A DNA stretch of 64,000 nucleotides from Bacteriovorax stolpii (lineage in GTDB: Bacteria; Bdellovibrionota; UBA1018), in contig CAMAQA010000006.1 in the NCBI GenBank assembly GCA_945860415.1, forward strand, positions 959 to 64,958. The letters run 5' to 3'. Each line of letters begins with the position of its first letter. Positions within the stretch are counted from its first letter, which is position 1. The notes below the pieces were generated by a model. That model did not search any database. It saw only the letters and a program-made list of their open reading frames with translations, and was not told the origin of the DNA. A program made the translations under genes and the position numbers. Positions 59,685 to 64,000 of this stretch are shown here, piece after piece.

Positions 59685-61913
59685 ATGGCGAACGGCGAGT
59701 GGGGATCTTCGGCAAGGTTTCAGGCAATTCGCGAAATTCAGGCGAGGAGCCCGCGGAAAATCGCTTTTCCGACGGATGAGGCGGGCCGCCCGCTCCGCAT
59801 CTCGGAGTACTTCGGACAAAACACTTTCAATCTCGAGCAGATGAAGCGAAGGCTTCCGAAGGAAGTCTTTCAAAAGCTCCAGTCCACGATCGAAGCGGGC
59901 AAAAAGCTCGATTTGGAAATCGCCAATACCGTCGCGCAGTCGATCAAGGAGTGGGCTCTTGAGCGTGGTGTCACCCACTTCTGCCACTGGTTCCAGCCGC
60001 AGACCGGATCGACCGCCGAGAAGCATGACGCCTTCGTGTCCTTCGATGGCCAGCAGCGCGTGATTGAAAAGTTTTCGGGATCGCAGCTGATTCAAAGCGA
60101 GCCCGACGCATCGAGTTTTCCTTCTGGCGGAATGCGGACGACCTTTGAGGCGCGAGGCTACACGGCGTGGGATCCTTCGAGCCCAGTGTTCGTGATGGAG
60201 TCGACGAACGGAAAGACCCTGTGCATTCCCTCGGTCTTTCTTTCGTATCACGGTGATGCCCTCGACGAGAAAACCGCACTGATCCGAAGCATGGAAGTTC
60301 TCTCCGAAAAGGCCCGAGACCTTCTTCACCTGATCGGCGACTCGGCCGTGGCGCGTGTGACACCGACCCTCGGCGTGGAGCAGGAGTATTTCCTGATCGA
60401 CCGTGCCTTCGTGGCCCATCGTCCGGATCTGATCATGACCGGACGTTCGCTGGTCGGAGGGCAGCCCCCGAAGGGCCAGCAGCTCGAAGACCATTATTTC
60501 GGCAGCATTCCTTCGCGCGTTCAGGCCTTCATGAGCGAAATGGAGCTCGAGCTGTACAAGCTCGGCGTGCCGGTGAAGACCCGGCACAACGAGGTTGCGC
60601 CGAGTCAGTTCGAGACTGCTCCGATTTTCGAGGAGGCCAATGTTGCGGTCGACCACAACCAGCTGACGATGGAGGTGCTGCGCAAGGTCTCTCTTCGCCA
60701 CCAGTTCCAGGTGCTCCTGCACGAAAAGCCTTTTGCCGGAGTCAACGGCAGCGGAAAGCACTGCAACTGGTCCATGGGCGTATCGGGGCCGGGCTCTGAT
60801 GAAGGAGAAAACCTCCTCGAGCCAGGACGCACTCCGCACGAAAACCTGAGGTTCCTGCTCGTGCTGGTATCGGTGCTTCGGGGTGTCCAGAAGCACGGCG
60901 GCCTGCTTCGCGCCGCGATCGCCTCGTCGGGCAATGACCATCGACTGGGCGCCAACGAAGCTCCTCCGGCGATCATCTCGGTATTCCTGGGTGAGCAGCT
61001 CACGCGGATCCTCGATTCGATCGAGCGGGGAGAGGCCAGCGGAAAGAATACGGACGCTGCCGTATTGAAGCTCGGCGTGAACAAGCTTCCTGAGGTGATG
61101 AAGGACAACACGGATCGAAACCGCACCTCTCCGTTTGCGTTCACCGGAAACAAATTCGAGTTTCGAGCCGTCGGATCCTCCGCCTCGCCGGCATTTCCGG
61201 TGACTGTGCTGAATTCCGCGGTGGCGGAAGCCATGGCTGAAGTCAGCGGGCGCCTGAGGGCCGAAATGGCGGCTGGAAAGGACCGAGACGAGGCAATCCT
61301 CGACGTGGTTCGAGAAATCGCGATCGAAACGAAGGCCATCCGCTTCGAGGGCAACGGCTATAGCGAGGAGTGGGTGAAGGAGGCTGAAAAGCGCGGACTC
61401 CTGAACCTGCGCAAGAGCCCCGAGGCCCTGCTGCAGATGGTATCCGAGTCCTCCAGAAAGCTGATGAGCGGAATGGGGGTGCTCAGTGAAGCCGAGCTGG
61501 TCTCGCGCTGCCATGTGCGCACCGAAAGATACATCAAAAACCTGCTGATCGAGGTGGATACCATCCGCCAGATGGTCGACACTCAGATCCTTCCCGCGGG
61601 ATTCGGTTATCACGGCAGGCTTGCAGGTGAGGTGGCTGCCTGCAGGGCTGCCGGTGTCGATGCTCCCCAGGCGGAAGCACTCCAGAAAATGACCTCGTTG
61701 CTGAACTCTCTCAAGCTCAAGCGCGAAGAGCTCGAGTCCGCCTTCCAGCGTGCAGAGTCGCTGGCAACGGAGGAAGAAAAGGCTGCTGCGCTGGCGGGTC
61801 CGGTGAGCACTCGAATGGCCGAGCTTCGCCGCTCCTGCGACGATCTCGAAGCGGTGATGGCCGACGAGTACTGGCCCCTTCCCAAGTATCGCGAGATGTT
61901 GTTTATCTCGTGA
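59685..61913 (+). CDS. glnN: Type III glutamine synthetase (GlnN-like)
   Basis: 742 aa, the GS-III size. It shows GS catalytic segments in the GS-III arrangement (…GVEQEYFLID…, …KPFAGVNGSGKHCNWS…). Confidence 0.85.
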   Translation: MANGEWGSSARFQAIREIQARSPRKIAFPTDEAGRPLRISEYFGQNTFNLEQMKRRLPKEVFQKLQSTIEAGKKLDLEIANTVAQSIKEWALERGVTHFCHWFQPQTGSTAEKHDAFVSFDGQQRVIEKFSGSQLIQSEPDASSFPSGGMRTTFEARGYTAWDPSSPVFVMESTNGKTLCIPSVFLSYHGDALDEKTALIRSMEVLSEKARDLLHLIGDSAVARVTPTLGVEQEYFLIDRAFVAHRPDLIMTGRSLVGGQPPKGQQLEDHYFGSIPSRVQAFMSEMELELYKLGVPVKTRHNEVAPSQFETAPIFEEANVAVDHNQLTMEVLRKVSLRHQFQVLLHEKPFAGVNGSGKHCNWSMGVSGPGSDEGENLLEPGRTPHENLRFLLVLVSVLRGVQKHGGLLRAAIASSGNDHRLGANEAPPAIISVFLGEQLTRILDSIERGEASGKNTDAAVLKLGVNKLPEVMKDNTDRNRTSPFAFTGNKFEFRAVGSSASPAFPVTVLNSAVAEAMAEVSGRLRAEMAAGKDRDEAILDVVREIAIETKAIRFEGNGYSEEWVKEAEKRGLLNLRKSPEALLQMVSESSRKLMSGMGVLSEAELVSRCHVRTERYIKNLLIEVDTIRQMVDTQILPAGFGYHGRLAGEVAACRAAGVDAPQAEALQKMTSLLNSLKLKREELESAFQRAESLATEEEKAAALAGPVSTRMAELRRSCDDLEAVMADEYWPLPKYREMLFIS

Positions 61914-62839
61914 GCATGGCGCCAGGCGCAAAAGATCAAGGTTCGGTGGTCACCATCGGAAACTTCGATGGTGTCCACCTCGGACATCAGCAGATCATCC
62001 AGGAATGCATTCGTCAGGCTCGCTCGCGCGGGCTTGTGGCCCTGGCCTTCACTTTCTGCCCGCACCCGCAGTCGGTGCTCCGTCCGGAGCGGGCTCCTCC
62101 CCTGTTGCTGGATTACTCCGAAAAAAAGGAGATCCTGCTGTCGCTGGGGCTGGACGATGTGGTGGAGCAGCGCTTTGACGCTGAGTTTGCAGCAACACCT
62201 CCAGAGGAATTCTTCCGCTCGATCCTCCGTAGGTCTCTTCAGGCCAGTTCGATTGTCGTCGGCTATGACTTCAGCTTCGGCCGCGCTCGTTCAGGACATT
62301 TGCAGGTTCTCGAAAATCTCTGTGCTTCGGAGGGCGTGACCCTGACCGTCGTGCCGCCCCAGCGTGTTTCCTCCGAAATCGTCAGCAGTTCGGTGATTCG
62401 AACCCATCTGGGGCAGGGCAGGGTTGCCGATGCCTGTTTGGGCATGGGGCGACCGTTTTTTTATCGCGGTTTCGTTCAGCCGGGGGATCGCCGAGGGCGG
62501 ACCATGGGATTTCCAACGGCCAATCTGGCTTTGGAGAGTCCAGGAAAGCTGACCCTGCCCTTCGGGGTTTATGCCACCCGTTTGACGGCGGATGGGCTGG
62601 AGCGGGCGGCTGCCGTCACGAATATCGGTGTTCGTCCGACATTCCATTCCGGTGGCGACCATCCGGCGCCAGTGCTCGTGGAAACCCATGTGCTGGAGGG
62701 GGCTCCTGATCTTTACGGCCGTGAAGTGAAGGTGGAGTTCATCGATAGGATTCGCAGCGAGCAGAAGTTTTCATCCTTCGCGGAGCTGCAGTCGCAGATT
62801 GCGGCGGACGTTGCCCGAGCTCGTCAAATTCTTGTCTAA
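61910..62839 (+). CDS. ribF: Bifunctional riboflavin kinase / FMN adenylyltransferase
   Basis: VTIGNFDGVHLGHQQII (nucleotidyltransferase HxGH), C-terminal flavokinase GFPTANL...PTFH. The start overlaps the glnN stop. Confidence 0.9.
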   Translation: MSMAPGAKDQGSVVTIGNFDGVHLGHQQIIQECIRQARSRGLVALAFTFCPHPQSVLRPERAPPLLLDYSEKKEILLSLGLDDVVEQRFDAEFAATPPEEFFRSILRRSLQASSIVVGYDFSFGRARSGHLQVLENLCASEGVTLTVVPPQRVSSEIVSSSVIRTHLGQGRVADACLGMGRPFFYRGFVQPGDRRGRTMGFPTANLALESPGKLTLPFGVYATRLTADGLERAAAVTNIGVRPTFHSGGDHPAPVLVETHVLEGAPDLYGREVKVEFIDRIRSEQKFSSFAELQSQIAADVARARQILV

Positions 62840-62905
62840 ACGCCGATTTGCGCAGCATTCCAGCATGCGTTGACACGATTTATCCGGCCCCTCACACTGG
62901 AAGTC

Positions 62906-64000
62906 ATGTCGCGGCAGCTTGCTGAAATTCTTGCGAAAGATCGCATCATCACTCCAGCTCAGTTGAATGATGCAGTAGAGGCCGCGAAGACCGGGCGAAG
63001 CCATGTCCAGCACCTCATTGATTCGAAGGTGATCGACGAGGTTCGCCTCGTCCAGTACCTCAGCCAGAAGTTCGGGTTGCCCAGCATCAACCTTGCCAAG
63101 TTCGAGATCTCACCCGAGGTGATCAAGCTGGTTCCCGTGGAAATCGTCCGGCGCTCGAGGGCAATTCCGATTCAGGCCAACCAGGGAGTCCTCGTCGTCG
63201 CGATCTGTGATCCGTCGCAGCTCCAGAAGCTCGACGAGATTCGTTTTGCCACCAAGCTCACTGTCGAGGCCGTGATCACCAGCTTTTCGGCCTTTGAGAC
63301 GGCCCTTTCCAAGCATTATAGCGGTGTTGCGATGGCGAGCGTGGCGATCGAGAGCTTCAAGAAGGACTCGACTGCCGAGGGCGCCTCTTCCGCCGTCGAG
63401 CAGGTTCAGATCCATGATGCGGAAGGTGACGCGAACATCGATGGACCGGTCATCTCGTTCGTGAACAGCATCCTTGTGGAGTCGGTCAGGCGCGGAGCCA
63501 GTGATATCCACGTCGAGCCCTACGAAAGGCGCTTTCGAATCCGAATGCGCGTCGATGGCACCATGCTCGAGGTTTCGCAGGCGCCACTCGAAATGAGGCG
63601 CGCCGTGGTGGCCCGGCTCAAGGTCATGTCTCGAATGGACATCGCCGAGTCGCGAATTCCACAGGACGGCCGAATCAAGTTAAGGGTCGGTGGAACCGAA
63701 GTGGATTTTCGAGTGAGCACGCTTCCCACACTCTATGGAGAGAAGGTCGTGCTTCGTCTCCTGAATAACAGGAACCTGCAGCTCGATCTTACCAAGATCG
63801 GTTTTGAATCCTCTCAGCTCGAGATTTTCAAGAAGGGCATCTATGCTCCGAACGGCATGGTGCTCGTCACAGGCCCCACGGGCAGTGGAAAGACGACCAC
63901 GCTCTATTCCGCGCTGGCCGAGTTGAACAAGATCCAGGACAACCTGAGCACGGTCGAGGATCCGGTGGAGTACAACCTGGAAGGCATCAACCAGGTGCAG
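62906..64000 (+). CDS. pilB: Type IV pilus assembly / type II secretion ATPase (PilB/GspE family). 3' partial; it runs off the window end.
   Basis: My own translation from the ATG at 62906 gives N-terminal T2SSE_N-like domains, then ...DIAESRIPQDGRIKLRV..., and Walker A VLVTGPTGSGKTTTLYSAL. It is not in the ORF track because no stop codon falls inside the window. Confidence 0.85.
   Translation, partial: MSRQLAEILAKDRIITPAQLNDAVEAAKTGRSHVQHLIDSKVIDEVRLVQYLSQKFGLPSINLAKFEISPEVIKLVPVEIVRRSRAIPIQANQGVLVVAICDPSQLQKLDEIRFATKLTVEAVITSFSAFETALSKHYSGVAMASVAIESFKKDSTAEGASSAVEQVQIHDAEGDANIDGPVISFVNSILVESVRRGASDIHVEPYERRFRIRMRVDGTMLEVSQAPLEMRRAVVARLKVMSRMDIAESRIPQDGRIKLRVGGTEVDFRVSTLPTLYGEKVVLRLLNNRNLQLDLTKIGFESSQLEIFKKGIYAPNGMVLVTGPTGSGKTTTLYSALAELNKIQDNLSTVEDPVEYNLEGINQVQ

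Noticed and set aside
58694-61931. 313-aa and 762-aa minus-strand ORFs antisense to the second CFA-synthase paralog and GS-III
   Set aside because: They are antisense to strongly conserved enzymes and have no start context.

Overview
High-GC (~60%) bacterial chromosomal window from a flagellated, Gram-negative-type organism that also carries type IV pili. The lineage is unknown; the gene content (GS-III, Bat/MoxR operon, DUF2232-rplI-dnaB synteny) would fit a delta-proteobacterium-like group. I support about 57 protein-coding genes and no rRNA, tRNA or CRISPR array. The window opens inside an IS-family transposase OrfA fragment, next to a lower-GC three-gene accessory operon whose DUF4160 member carries an in-frame amber codon. 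The rest is mostly core genes: sodB, recN-nadK, rarA, fliD-fliS, the hemW-grpE-dnaK-dnaJ chaperone block, tatC, rpsF-rpsR-rplI-dnaB, and GS-III-ribF-pilB. The regions I find most interesting are four. First, a cobalamin cluster: a B12 riboswitch visible in the sequence upstream of a TonB-dependent receptor plus TonB, a BtuE-like gpx, fused isobutyryl-CoA mutase IcmF, a small Cys-rich protein, and a BtuF-like binding protein with no signal peptide. Second, a flagellar-linked TPR protein and an extended GT9 glycosyltransferase. Third, an orphan 1424-aa lipoprotein immediately upstream of a MoxR/DUF58/DUF4381/BatA/BatB/BatD 'Bat' operon. Fourth, that Bat operon running, with overlapping start/stop codons, into an FAD-oxidoreductase/DUF1365/tandem CFA-synthase-like lipid-modification cassette and then GS-III and ribF, about 15 kb of coupled genes in all. 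The many antisense 'shadow' ORFs in the six-frame track are treated as artefacts of high GC content.
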